The notes under the pieces are model-generated. The model was given only the letters and a program-made list of their open reading frames with translations, made no database searches and was not told where the DNA came from. A DNA stretch of 64,000 nucleotides from the human T2T-CHM13v2.0 reference genome, Homo sapiens: assembly GCF_009914755.1 (NCBI RefSeq), contig NC_060933.1; one strand, given 5' to 3'. The stretch's first letter is position 1, and the number at the start of each line of letters is the position of its first letter. A program made the position numbers and the translations under genes. Below, in pieces: positions 1 through 14,177 of the stretch.

Positions 1-676
1 CTCTTTTTGACATATATCTAAAAACCTTCCTATAGCCATCTGAGCCCATCCTTCTCTTGGCCACCCACTGGAGAGATCTTACTTGTCCCTGTATCCTTAA
101 AGTACCTGATCTGAGTAGATGCTCGTGAACTAAACAAATGAGTTAACTGATAACCTGGTTTCAGTGACGCTACAGTAACATTTCTTTCAGCTGTGCAGAG
201 ACCCTATCTGGTGCCATTTGCCATTCTTTAAGTCTCTTTGGTCCCTGAGAGCACAGGAGGCAGGGTGTTGCCTGACACAATTAAGTGCTTAAAAGCTCCA
301 TTTGTTCTTAAAACAAATCTCTTCCTCTCCAATTGCAGCCGAAGAGAAGACATAGACTGTGCGGCTGCACCAACAAGCTGAGCAGACAGACAATAGGGCC
401 AGAGAGCCTATCCCTGTTTCTCATACAAACAATATACCGAACTCAACCCAACTGATCAACAGAGAGCCTTGGGCTGCTGGGAACTTCTCTAGATCAGTGA
501 GGTGTATGGCTCAGACACAGAGCTGACACACAAAATGTGCCTATCCCTGGCAGTTTCTTTGGGAGAATCTGTGCTCAGAAACACTCAGGATTGTCTGAAA
601 GATAGATACAGCAGGAATGGAGTCCAGTGGATAGGTCTCTAAGAGGAGCTCTCACTCCTTTCATAAGAAGACAGGA

Positions 677-1027
<351 letters not shown>

Positions 1028-1986
1028 TCAGCTGCTGAGTTGCAACAAGGCCAATTAAATAATTGGTGTGATGGGGAAAGGAGGGAAGCCACTCCTTTCA
1101 GGCAAACTCCCACCAGAGACAGGAGGCTCCATGCAGCTGTGACAACAGCAGCAGCAATAACAGGGCAGGGATCTCCTCCTCTTCCTCCCACTAGCTGAGA
1201 TCTAATGCTTAAATTAGCACCTTGGAAACACCCAGATCTGCTGGCTGCCTTCTCTCCCAGTTCTGCCACGCCCCCAGGCCTTCTTTTCAAGCCTGAGTTT
1301 CTCTTTCAATTAAATAATTAAAAAAATAAAGATGTGCTCCCCCTAGAGTTTATCTTTCCAAGTAGGCAATGGCCTCTGGATTCTTCCCATCACTATGGGA
1401 TGGGGAGAGTTATTTGATGATGGCGCCCATGTGACAAGCCTCTATCCATACAGCTTGGTCCAGAAAGGGGCAATGATGATGACACCAGCGTTGCCTGGCT
1501 CCCTTGAGGCTTAATGAGTCAGCCCCTACTCTGCCCTCAGTGGAGGATCACACTAAGAGAGTGAGCAAGAGAAACAAACTTTGACACACTGTGGGCTCAA
1601 GGGCAGGGTCACATCTGTGTCTGTGTTGCTAACCACTCTATCCCTAATACTCAGTTTAATATTTGGGACAGAGCAGATGCTCAATAATTATTTGGTAAAC
1701 CAATTGCTGAATCAATGATATCAGGTCTCTGTGGTATTCTTTAGAAGGGAGAGTGAGGAGCTATTGTTTAAACTTTAAAGAGATAGTTTGTCTTCATCTC
1801 ATAAATGGAAAAACAATCGAGGAAGGAGGAGAGACTTCCTAGAGGTCTCAATAAATGGCAAAAAAATGAAATAGGTCATAGCTAAGTCTGAGCCTGGGAC
1901 CCTGGTTTTTATGGCCTATCCAAATACCCTTAAAGAGCCACTTTGCCCTCTTTTTTGCCCTTTACCTCTATGATATGCTATCTTGA

Positions 1987-2203
1987 TTTTTTTTTTTTTT
2001 TTTTGGAGACAGAGTCTTGCTCTGTTGCCCAGGCTGGAATGTAGTGGTAGGCACACGGCTCACTGCAGCCTCAACCTCCTGGGCTCAAGCAATCCTCCTG
2101 CCTCGGCCTCCTGAGTAGCTGGTACTACAGGCATGCAGCACCATGCTGAGCTAATTTTAAATATTTTTGTAGAGATGGAGTCTCACTGTGTTTCCCAGGC
2201 TGG
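1987..2203 (-). mobile_element. Partial Alu (AluJ/FRAM-like)
   Basis: Poly-T, right arm and start of left arm. Confidence 0.85.
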
Positions 2204-2382
2204 ACTATCTTAATTCTTTATGCCCCAAAATGAAGACTCCTGAAGAAACATCACACAAGATTCTGCTGGTCTCAACAATACACAGGGTATTTAAAGGGTT
2301 TTGAGGTGCCTCTGGAATACAACCTGGGGACAGAGGTCAGGAAGCGGGGCAATGTCTATGACCCTCAAATGAGGGATGACTA

Positions 2383-2793
<411 letters not shown>

Positions 2794-4724
2794 CTAAGTG
2801 CCTCCTTGCCACAGATGCTTCTCCAACTCCAGGGCCACACAGACCGGAAGCAGCTCAAGAGTTCTCTACCCAGCCAAACCACTATTCAGAATTTCAGGCA
2901 ATAACAGAAGCACCAAGGACAACTGAGAGCCTGGTGGCTCTATTTCTTCTCCCCTTTCCTTGAACAGCTATTTCCTTCCTTTTTGAGAACCCCAGATGGG
3001 TGACAAGAAACAACTCATTGCTTCCTTTTCCTGACACACTTGAACCTCCTCTTCCTTCATCCACCCTCTATTTTGATTCTTGATTAGATGCTTAGAACTG
3101 GAAGGGCAATCTCGTTTGACAAGCCAGGTTAGCTAGAAAGAGAACTCAGAAAGGAAAATTATCTTCAGCCAGCCCAAAGTCCTTCTTTAAGTTCATGGGA
3201 TGGACTTCTCTCCAGGATTTTCTGGCTCCCAAATAATCCAATGATGGCATGAGGCTAGGAAAAAGTCCTGCAACACCTCTCTCCGGTTTAATATTGTATG
3301 CTTCTGTAAAACTTCTTTGTTTTGGCTCTTAGAACTGTCTAAGCAGTCATGAAAGGGGGAAAAAGCCTTTGTCTCCTGCTAAGTGGCCACTAATGATTCT
3401 CTCTACCATCCCTCAAAAGGTGTGACAAAAAGGTGGTGATGGGTCCCTGCCGAGGCCCATCTTGGCTGCTGTAATGGGTAGGTTACTCGCCCAGGAAGCT
3501 ACAAAGCACATCTGTCAGCCAGGGGGTTATAGGCCCAAGGGTAGACCTGTTTCTGGCCACCCTGCCTAACACAGAAGCAGAACTTCAGAACTTGGAGAAC
3601 TCAGCTCTGCTCCAGCCAGCACAGCTCAGAGAAATGGGGCATCCACACTTTCGGATTTGTAGCCCACCTTGCCTCCTTCCAATTCCAGCTCAGGCTCCAG
3701 GGGGATAAAGCGAACACAGCCTAGACATTCCCTCTCTTCCCCCCTCACTATACGAGCTGGCTAGGCCTCCACGTCTCCCACCCGGTTGCCTGACAGACAA
3801 GCGAGGTCAGGGAGCCCCCTGGGCGGTGGCCAGCAAGCATGGTCTCCCTTAGGCCTAGCCTCGGTGCACCCGAGTTGCCCTCCCCCTTCCATTCCCTCCG
3901 CGCCAGCAGCGATGACATCATTCCTCCCTGACTCCGGGACCGCGGACAGGCGGCAGGATCCGCGCCCAGCAAGGACTTCAGGCACGTAGGCCTAAGATGA
4001 TGGGGGCTCTTCCCAACCAGTGCGCACAGGCAGCTCCAGCGCGACCCCACTTCCTCTCCCGTCGGTTCCCGAGCACTCTCATCTGCACCCCGATTCCCCA
4101 TCTGGTCGCCGCGCACTCTCCTTCCCGGTTTAGATGCCCCCAGCCTGGTCTGCCTGCGCTCCCCACCGGAGAACGGAATTCCCAGGTTCTGCACCAACCA
4201 CCTTCCCCCACTGGGTCCCTCGCCCCGGCCCAGCGTTCCTGTCCGTATATCCAGCGGACAGGCGGGCAAGCCCCTCCTCTTCTAAAAGCTGATTCCCAAT
4301 CTCTCTTAGCCTGACGGCTCCCCCGCCCTAAGCATCACAGGCCTCTAGGACTAAACGCCTCCCCACCTCCCATCCCAGACCCCTGGGCCTGCCGCCGGCG
4401 GTGCCCCATGGCAGTTCCCTCGCCAGTCCCTGCTATGGGCCTCCACTAGCGGTGTGCACCTTTGTGCCCCCTCCGTTCCATCCGACGGTGCCCTGCTTCC
4501 ACCGACGGTGCCCTCCGCCCTTACAGGTCCCTTTGCTCTCATCCAGCATATTCTCCCACGGTTTTCTTGTCCTGCAAGTCCCCGTCCCCCGGCAATACGT
4601 TTTCAGGGATCTCTTTGCCCCATCCGATGGCGCCCCTCCGCACGATCCCCCCGGCCTGATTCCCTCCCTCCCCCTCAAGCGACGCCCCCTCCGGCCTTGG
4701 CCTGCCCGCCGCCCGCCCCCTCAC

Positions 4725-4784
4725 CAGCGGCTGCATCTCCGAGTGCGCGGTGGGCACCTGGAACCGGTCGATCTCCTCCATCAT
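4725..4784 (-). CDS. FAM219A: FAM219A (C9orf25) coding exon 1, MMEEIDRFQVPTAHSEMQPL
   Basis: ATG at 4784 in GGCACCATGA Kozak context; 60 nt, then GTGAGG donor; peptide recognised as the FAM219A N-terminus; rest of gene lies left of the window. Confidence 0.93.
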
Positions 4785-5326
4785 GGTGCCGGCGGGCGAG
4801 CGGGCCAGGGGCCGGGCGCGGCCGCGGACGCCGACAGGACCGCGCGGGGCGGCGGCCCCAGGAGCCCGGCGGGTGGTGCAGACTAGGCCTCCCCGGACCA
4901 CTCGGGCGGGCAGGGGCCGGGCGGATGCAGGGGTGGGCGGGGGCGAGAGGTTCGCAGACTGGCTGAGGCCGGCGTGACTCCGTGGGCTTGCCTAGCACTA
5001 CCGCGGCTGTGGCCGGGCCGAGCCGCAGGTCTTGCCTCGCCTCCTACTCCGCTGCCGCCTCCTGTCAGCAGCTCAGCCACTGCGGTGACTCGGCAACTCC
5101 ACTTCCGGGTCCGGGACACCGCCCGGATCTTGCATTATTCATGAGGAGGCGGTGCCTGGGGACCCCAGCCCCACCCACATGCGGGAGTTCCGAATGCGCG
5201 CGGCCGCCCAGCTGTGATTCCTGAGGGGGCGGGGCTTAGTGGAGACTCGCTCGCCGCGCGCCCAACCCCGCCTCCTTTCCGGGCCGGCTGGGCGCGCCGA
5301 AGCGCCTGCGCCTTGGCTGCTGGTCG

Positions 5327-5339
5327 GTTGCTGGGTAAC
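5327..5339 (+). promoter_or_regulatory. RFX X-box-like site GTTGCTGGGTAAC
   Basis: Fits GTNRCY-N(0-3)-RGYAAC; ~190 nt upstream of the ATG of a motile-cilia gene. Confidence 0.7.
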
Positions 5340-5526
5340 CGCGTCAGGGAGTTGGATTCTATCCTGCAAGGGCACGGGGACCCACAACGACGGCTGTCCC
5401 TAAAGAACCGTTGCGACTGGTAACTGAAGTGGAAGAGAGTCCAGATTTCTTGTGTGTGGTCAAGGAGACGGACAAACTTTTTGTCTTCAGACGAGGGAGC
5501 GTTTTGTAGGCTCTCCAGGGGTTGAG

Positions 5527-5574
5527 ATGATTCCTGCTTCTGCGAAGGCTCCCCATAAACAGCCTCATAAGCAG
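5527..5574 (+). CDS. DNAI1: DNAI1 exon 1 CDS, MIPASAKAPHKQPHKQ
   Basis: ATG 5527; 48 nt; donor CAG|GTAACG; recognised DNAI1 N-terminus. Confidence 0.96.
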
Positions 5575-5941
5575 GTAACGTACGCACACCTTCCTTCTGA
5601 TGACCTCTGACCTTCGTCGTCGCCAGTGACCACTAATCATACCTCTCCTACTGATCCTTGATCTTTTCTCTGTTGACCCCAGCCTTCTCACCCCCGTGAC
5701 CTCTGGTAAGTGCTCCCACTGACCTCTGACTCTGTCCTACTCTTTCCCACTAATCCCGGCCTCCTCTCCCATACTACCCCAATCCACCGTTTCTTACCTC
5801 TCTCCTTTTATCCACCATTCCCATCTCTTCACTTCACTTTACCCCATGGACTCATTCTGACCAGTCTATTCTCCTTAACTTCCCCATCCCCATTCCCACG
5901 AGTCCCTTCCTCCTTGTTCTCACATTCTTGTCCCAAAGGAA

Positions 5942-6266
5942 TTTTTCTTTTTCTTTTTCTTTCTTTCTTTCTTTTTTTTTTTTTGAGACAGAGGCTCGCC
6001 CTGTAGCCCAGGCTAGAATGCAGTGGCGCCATCTCAGCTCTCTGTAACCTCTGCCTCCTGGGTGCAAGCGATTCTCCCACTTCAGCCTGACGAATAGCTG
6101 GAACCAAAGGCATAGGCCACCACGCCCGGCTAAATTTTGTGTTTTTGGTAGAGACGGGGTTTCCCCATGTTGCCCAGGCCCGTCTCTAACTCCTGAGCTC
6201 AAGCGATCCTCCTACCTTGACCTTCCGAAGTGCTGGGATTACAGGCGTGAGCCACGGCGCCCAGCC
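5942..6266 (-). mobile_element. Alu (AluJ/S-like)
   Basis: T-rich tail followed by antisense dimer. Confidence 0.92.
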
Positions 6267-7083
6267 TCAAAGGCATTCTTTATCCAACCCTTTGCTGTGT
6301 GCCTAGCTCCAGGCTAGGTGGGAACACAGCTCTTGCTGTTTGGGAGCCCACAGAGGGTGTGCAAGAGAACTAAACAGAATACAGGACAGGCTATGTGCAG
6401 GAGTGTGATTTTATTTTCTGTGCTGGGAGATTTATGAGGAGAGAAAGGGCAGGCAAAGAGGAAGAGGAGAGAGGCCCTTTTCTCATCCCTGTCCTCACCC
6501 CCACAGTGCACAACCCAAACACTCTGCCCCAACTATTTCTAGAGCCTCATATCTCTCTCTTCCCTGCGAGCCCCTGGTCCACTCCTATGATTCATTCAGC
6601 TATGTGAACATTATGCTCTTATTACCACCTGGACAGATGTCATCCCTTCTCACAGGAAACCCGAGTCATCCCCCACTTAACCCACTGAGCACAGAGTTCT
6701 GCTTTCTTCCTCAGCATCACCACGGAAGGCAAGGCAGTCCCAGTTTCCCAAGGAGTCTTCTGTGGTGAAGCAACTCAGTCCTTCAGGAACTTTTTCCAAA
6801 CCCTTTATGAATTACCACTCAGGCTAATGTGTAGTTTCTAGCTCTGGAAAGCAGGACTTCTATATATTTATTCCAGATTTACCCCACTCAAGTCTAGGTA
6901 CATTGAGGTTTAGAGAGCCAATCTCCATGCTACTTATGACTTTGCATATTTTGGTCTGGCCACCTCCATGTTAGCCTTTGCTCCTCTGCCTCTTTTACCT
7001 GGGCTTCTGTAGCAGATGGACCTGACTTTCTTAGGTCTCTGCAGCCTTGGGGAAGCTGCTAGTCCCATATGAACATGCCCTAA

Positions 7084-7797
<714 letters not shown>

Positions 7798-8589
7798 AGT
7801 TTGCTTTTAAAATAAACATTATTGAGGTTTGGTTTACATATAATAGAATGTACCATTTTAGTTGTACGTGTTGACAAATTTTAACAAATTTACACACGTA
7901 TAAACCACTACCACACTCAAGATATAGGATACTTTCTCTATCCCAAGAAGTTCCCTGTGCCTCATCCCACCTCCTATGCCCCACCCCTGGCCTGCCTAGG
8001 TAACCACAGATCTGCTTTCTGTCATTACAGATTCAATTTGTCTTTTCTAGCAACTTGCAGTTTGAACAAGCTTGGGGATGGGTTTCTCTAGCCCATTAGG
8101 GAGACATTAGAGACTAGTTACACTGAGAGCAGGGAGAGGTGACAGCAGACAGAAAGCAGAAAAAACTGGGTCAACTGGCCCCGTACACATCAGCACTGCC
8201 CCATGGAGGGAAGGGTTGTTTTAGTTCAGAGTAAATATTGGCGTGTGGGGTGTGAGAAAAGGTTAGGTTGTGCTAGGTTGTATTTACCATTTTCTTGCCT
8301 CAGTGAAGACCAATTTGAGTCAGTGCTAATCAGGTGTGGGATGTCCTAGAGATGTTTGAGAAGTTGTCCCTGTCCTCTGGGAATTCAGTTCAATGGGGGA
8401 GACAGAACACAGGCAGAAAAAGATAAAGGAGGATGGGATCCCTGGGGATGAAGGGGAGAGAAGCCTGCAGGTTAGAGCAGCAGAAAGGCTTCAGGGAGGA
8501 GGTAGGTAGGACTGGGTTGCCAGGGGTGAGGGAAGATCAGGGTTGGGTTTGTTAGAGGATAGAGAGGAGTTTAAATTCCATTTGTTCAT

Positions 8590-9090
8590 ATCACTCCACT
8601 AGTCGCCTTTTAATGGTTCCTTGTTGCTTTCAGGATAAAGTCCCAAAAGTCCAATTTGCTTGGTATGGCCTTTGCCACCCTGCATGGTCTTGCCTTTGCT
8701 ACCCATCCTACTTCAAACCTCACCATTTCTCTATGAAAATTCCACAATCCCAGCAAACTGAACTGCCCTCACTTCCTGGAAAGTGATATTCACACTGTTT
8801 ATCTCCTCTAAGCTTTTGAAATCTTTTCTGTCTGTGTCTACTAGTCTACTCCACCCTACCCCAAATCTTTCCTTCATATCCTATTCATATTTCGGGTCTA
8901 AGCTTGGCCCTCATATTCTTCTACAAAGGATTAAGTCCCCTTTCTGGAGGCAGGATAGGGTGATATCCCCTCTAGACTATAAACTATGTTATGGTAAGGA
9001 TCATGTCTGTCTTGTTCATTGTTGATTCCCCTCTACCTAGCACAATACCTGGAATATATTAAATTCTAAGAAAATGAGTTCAATATGAAT
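8590..9090 (+). mobile_element. L2 3' fragment
   Basis: Degenerate CTAGACTATAA...GTCTGTCTTGTTCATTG...CCTAGCACAATACCTGG terminus. Confidence 0.6.
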
Positions 9091-9339
9091 TCTGAATGCC
9101 CTAAGTTGTTCTTGGAAATTATCATCTGAATGTGTTCGAAGGATGGGAAGGGGTGAAGCTGGGATGGGGAGACTTGTGGGGAATTATAACAAGGAAATGT
9201 AACTGTGTAAGTATGGTTTTCCAGGTACATGTTTGTATCTGCTTTGGCAGTAGGGCTATGAATGATTCAAATTTGAACCACAAGTATCCATGCCTTAAGA
9301 AATGGGTTTTGGAGACTAAGAGATAAAAATATTGATGTG

Positions 9340-9820
9340 TAAATATTCATGCAGTAATTATTTATCGTACCCACTCTGTGTTAGGTACTGTTCTAGGTAT
9401 TGGTGATATAGCAAGAAACAAAACAAACAAAAATCCCTGCTCTCATGGAGCTTATTTTTTAGTTGGAGGTAAAGTGGCAATAAATAAATTTGTAAAATAT
9501 ATAGTATATTAGATGGTGATAGATGCCAAGAAGAAAACTAAATCAGAGAAGTAGACTAAGAAGTTCAGGGAATCACAAGATTATCATTTAAATAGGATGG
9601 ACAGGGAAGGTGTTACAGAGGTGGCATATGAGCAAAGACCTGAAGGAAATGAAAGAGCTATGCAATACCCGGGGGTAGGGTGTGGGGTGAAGGGATGGGG
9701 ATAGGGGAGGCATTCCAGACAGACGGCATAGCAAGTATAAAGTCCCTGAGATGGGAGCCTGCTACACATGTTCTGGATCAGCAAGGAAGGGAGTGGGGAA
9801 TGTGGCAGGAGATAAGGTCA
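9340..9820 (-). mobile_element. L2 fragment
   Basis: Antisense L2 tail: CACTCTGTGTTAGGTACTGTTCTAGG...CCCTGCTCTCATGGAGCTTA. Confidence 0.6.
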
Positions 9821-10559
9821 AAGAGGTACCTTCCCCTACCCTATAGAGTTAATCAAATAACCCATGGCATATTAAATTGGTCATTATGGAGCTCCATAAA
9901 TCATAATTTGTAATTAAAATGCTTGAATGTCAGGAACCATAAACCATGACCAGCTCAAAACATCACTGGTAATGCCCCAATAGCAAAGCGTCCTTCCTGA
10001 AAATTGTGAGAGTGCCAACTGGCTGCATGTATACATGTACAGGAGGAGCTTTGCAGCGTTGCCAAACATTGCCTGGCAGCTAAACTTCTTAGTAGAAAAC
10101 CGAATTAGAATCTTCTGTGAACTCCAGTTAAAAGCTAATTTTAGTTTATGACTAACAAATTTTAGTACCTCTTTATAACTCAGTTGGTTACCATAAAAAA
10201 AAAATCAAAGTCTGGAATTTTACATCATTCTCCTGTAAAAGCCAAAGAAAAGACTTTCATTTTGGATCATTTTGTGGTCTCTCAAGAGGCTCCTATGGTG
10301 CAATACTTTTAGAAATATTGATCTAGATTAGGGGTGACTAAGGTAGGAGTGAGTGGGCAGGGTTGGGCATAAGGCCAGAAGAGAGTCTTGGATGATTCAG
10401 AGATTTTGAGCCTGGTGATGGGGCCTGGTATCCACAGATGAAAAGATAGGAGGTGAACAGAATGTAGGGGAAGTTGATGTGTTTCTGTATGTCCAAAGTA
10501 AGATAGCTTCACTCCTGTGACCTCAGTGTCATTCTTACACATATATTCCTTAAGCCCTA

Positions 10560-11310
10560 GATATGATCTTTTACTCCCTTACCTCTTAAATATCTCTCAA
10601 ATTAAACTACTTTTTTTCATATACACTGCCACCTCCCTAGCCCAGCTTACAATCGTCTCTCACCAAAGAGTGCTGTAAAAGCCTAGTAACTAGTCTTCCC
10701 TCATTCACTCGTGCCCTTTCCAGTCCATTCTCTACACTGCATGAAAAGTGATCTTTTCAAACTGTCAATCTGATTGTGCCATCCCCCACTCAGAACACTT
10801 CAGTGACTTCCCATTGCTCTTAGGATAGGGACCAGATTTTTAGACAATCGCTCCAGAGACCTGAATGGGCCTGAGACCTACCTGGGTCTCTATACCTTAA
10901 TTTGTACCACTCTTCTCCATTATTGCTGTACCTTAGTTCTATGTGCTGCCCCCTTTCTGGAATGCTTTTCACACCCTCCCTCACACATGTACTCACTCCT
11001 AAGATTTCAGCCCCCAAATCAATCCCCACAACCTGCCCCCAATGCCCCCTGCCCCGTTATGGAAGGTAGGGTAAGTTTCCTCTGTTATATAGTCTCATTG
11101 CTCTGTGTTCCTTTCTTCCATAGCATGCATCACGGTTTGTAATTATTCACTTATTTGTGTAATTATTTGATTATTGTATGTCTCCCCCATTAGACTGTGA
11201 GCTCCTTGGGAGCAGGGCCTGTGGATGTTTTTGCTTATATCTGTATTCTCAGCCCCTAAAACAGTGGCCATGATGACGTCAGAAGCTCTTGATGAATGTT
11301 GAATGAGTGA
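10560..11310 (+). mobile_element. L2 fragment
   Basis: CCAGTCCATTCTC...GTGATCTTTTCAAA...TAGACTGTGAGCTCC...GAATGTTGAATGA. Confidence 0.65.
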
Positions 11311-13836
11311 TCAACTGTGGTTGGGGAAGTAGCACAGGGTTCTATGGAAGCATGTGGTAGGGGGTCTTCATTCTGATTCTGGGGGAATTAGGGAAGACTT
11401 CTGGGGGGACCACCAGTATTTAAGGTTTGGATAGAAGAAGAAGAGTCCAAAATGGAGAATAAGAAGGAGTAATCAGAGAAGTAAGAAGACAACAAGGAAA
11501 AATAATATCCCAGAAGCCAAAGGAAGAATGTGTTTCAGTGAAACTGTATGGTCAGCCAAGTTGCATGTTGCTAAGGTGTCAATGAAGATAAACACTAAGA
11601 TATAACTATTAGATTTAATAACTTGGAAGTTATTGGGGACCTTGGAAAGGACAATTTCAGAGTGAAAAGCTAAACTGAATTGAGCTAAGAAGGCAGTAAG
11701 AACTATGTAGGCAAAGATTGTTTTTTTAAGATGACAGACTTGAATATATTAAATGCTGAGGGGAAGGATCCTGAACGGAGAGAGAAGTTGAAGATAAAGG
11801 AGAAAGATTAAATAATGACTAGAGCCAAGTCTCTGAGGAGATGATGTTGTGGACAGGAGGAGGCACACTTTGTAACAGGACAGGAGAAGGGATGGATGCA
11901 GTTGATGATAATTTTGAGGTTTAGCAGCAGAAAGCTGAGACAGTTTTTTCTTCTTTTCCCCTAGTTGTGTTAATGGAATTCCTTCTGGAAGTGATAACTA
12001 GAAAACAATTTTTGCCAATGGCAGTTCCATTTTGTTATGATTATAGTCATGCTATTTTCAGAGTTATGGTCTGAGGTTTGTCATGCACAATTATCAGATT
12101 ACAAAACAGCTGTGAGCATTTGAGGCCAGAATTTGTTTTCCTCCCCTGTGTACTAGGGGGCCTAGCACATTGTTAGCACTCAGTACATGCCAGGTACTCA
12201 AATAATAATGGCAGAGGGCTCCTGTGCTCGTTGCTGGGCTTTGCAGCCTGCAAGTTGATGCTGAGGAGTAATGTTGACTCTCTGGCTCCAGCTGTGAGCA
12301 AGCCACATGAAATTGTTTTCTGCCAGTTAGGAATTTGTATCAAGTGTTCAATCTTTGCAGTCACTGAGCACTGACAGAGTTGTATGCAAGAAGCAAGCAA
12401 AGGACACAGCTGTTGTAACTTTAGTTTCACTGGTTTGAGTCTCACAACGCTTTGTCCTACTCATAGAGTCACTGGATTCTGGTTTGTATGGTGGATTTAT
12501 GTCCTCCATTTATCTCACCTCCTAGATTGAGAACCCTGGGTGTGAGAACCAACTCAATCTTGGTTCCTCTTTAGCCGTCATCCGAGGACCTGGCACATAG
12601 TAGATGCTTAATAAATGCTGAATGAATGAATAATGACTGAATGAGTTAGTTGATGAGTGAATAAATGAGTGATGGGAAGGTATGTACTGCACTACTCTGA
12701 ACACTAACTTTTCTTTCTTGGCCTGCAGAAGAAGCAATTCATGCCTCCTTTATCCTAGTTAAAGCAGCCTAATCCTATTAATTATGTAGGGACCCTACCC
12801 CTAATGTTAAGCTTATTTTTCTACTTTTATTCTTACATCACATCCATTTGCTCATTTACTTATTTTCTCAATGTGTCATGTATTCAGCCTCAAATCTTAT
12901 TTGGGAACAAACTGGAGTGTATATGGACAAAATAATCTGCTGCTCCTTGGAGAGTCATCTGCTTCTGTGCCTCTGTGTCTTTGTTAATTATTTTGTTCCC
13001 TCTGCATGGAATGCCCAAGTCTTCTCTTCTCTTTCTGCCCTTTACAGACCTGGCAAACTCTAAGACACATTACTTTAGTTAAGCTCTTTAAGTTACAAAG
13101 AACAGAGGCTCACTCAAGTTACCTCAGATAAAAGAGGATGAGAGAAGGGAGAAGGTATATATGTGGGGAGTTACAGATGGTTATTATAAGTACATAGATA
13201 ACCTAGAATTGAAATTGGAAAACAATTAATTCTGAAACAGGTATAGGGACCAACTACTTTCTCCACATCTCTCACAGCCTCTCTATTTCTCTTAACAACT
13301 ATGTTTCATTCTTATTCTTATTTCCCAACTGGCCAGATTTCCATGGTCTCCGCTCCCTCATAATTTTAGTCTGTTTCCAGCTTATCATAACTGTTCTGAC
13401 CTCTCTACCTCACAAACATTTCCATGAATATCTCCATCCAACTGCTGGTTCTCCCTGTAGTCCTAGTTCAAATTCTTAAGGAGGGAATCTGATTGACCCT
13501 AGCTCATCTGTTCATGCTAGGCAATGTCAGCAAGGGACAAGATCCTATGGCTCTTTAAGCAACCAAAGCTAGAAGGAGGTATTCTCTTTGCTCAGCTCCT
13601 CCAGTGGAAGATATAACTCGCTTTACTCTAAAGTAACTTCCGTATTGTTTCTGGTAAATCTCTTTCTCATGAATTGTGCGGGAAGGGGCCTCAGGGGCCT
13701 CAGATTTCTTCTAGTCCAATGCTTTCATTCAGGGCTGATATTTACATTACAAAAGGTCCTGTCCTTTACAAAAGCCTTTACTATAGGGTTTTAAAAATAG
13801 CACATTTCTGCAATGAATTTTAAAATACAGCACACA

Positions 13837-13959
13837 GGCCAGGCATGATGGCTCATGGCTGTAATCCTAGCACTTTGGGAGGCTGAGGCAGGAGGATCAC
13901 TTGAGCCTAGGAGTTTGAGACCAGCCTGGACAACACAGCAAGACCCCATCTCTACACAA

Positions 13960-14006
<47 letters not shown>

Positions 14007-14177
14007 ACAAATTAGCCAGGTTGCATGCACCTGTAGTCCCAGCTACTCAGGAGGCTGAGGCGGGAGGATCCCTTGAGCCCAAGAGTTCAAGACTCCAGTG
14101 AGCTATGATTGTTACCACTGCACTCCAGCATGGGCAACAGAGTGAGAACCTGTCTCTAAAATAAATAAATAAATAAA
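13837..14177 (+). mobile_element. AluJ-like element with a (CA)n microsatellite (13962-14004) in its linker
   Basis: Dimer interrupted by ~21 CA units. Confidence 0.9.

Larger units (their letters stand above)
3900..5620. promoter_or_regulatory. CpG island / bidirectional FAM219A-DNAI1 promoter
   Basis: Very high GC and CpG density; two divergent start codons (4784 on -, 5527 on +); GC box GGGGCGGGGC 5226-5235; ETS/GABP-type ACTTCCGG 5101-5108; NRF1-type GCGCCTGCGC 5302-5311; boundaries approximate. Confidence 0.88.

Noticed and set aside
4785-4901. In-frame GTG/CTG upstream of the FAM219A ATG (possible N-terminal extension)
   Set aside because: Pyrimidine at -3 for both codons, while the ATG has a strong context; open frames are trivial in GC-rich UTRs; would need ribosome profiling
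3748-5691. Many overlapping 100-170-aa ORFs on both strands
   Set aside because: Expected from stop-codon scarcity in a CpG island; low-complexity Pro/Arg/Gly/Ala products; only 4725-4784 and 5527-5574 have splice and Kozak support
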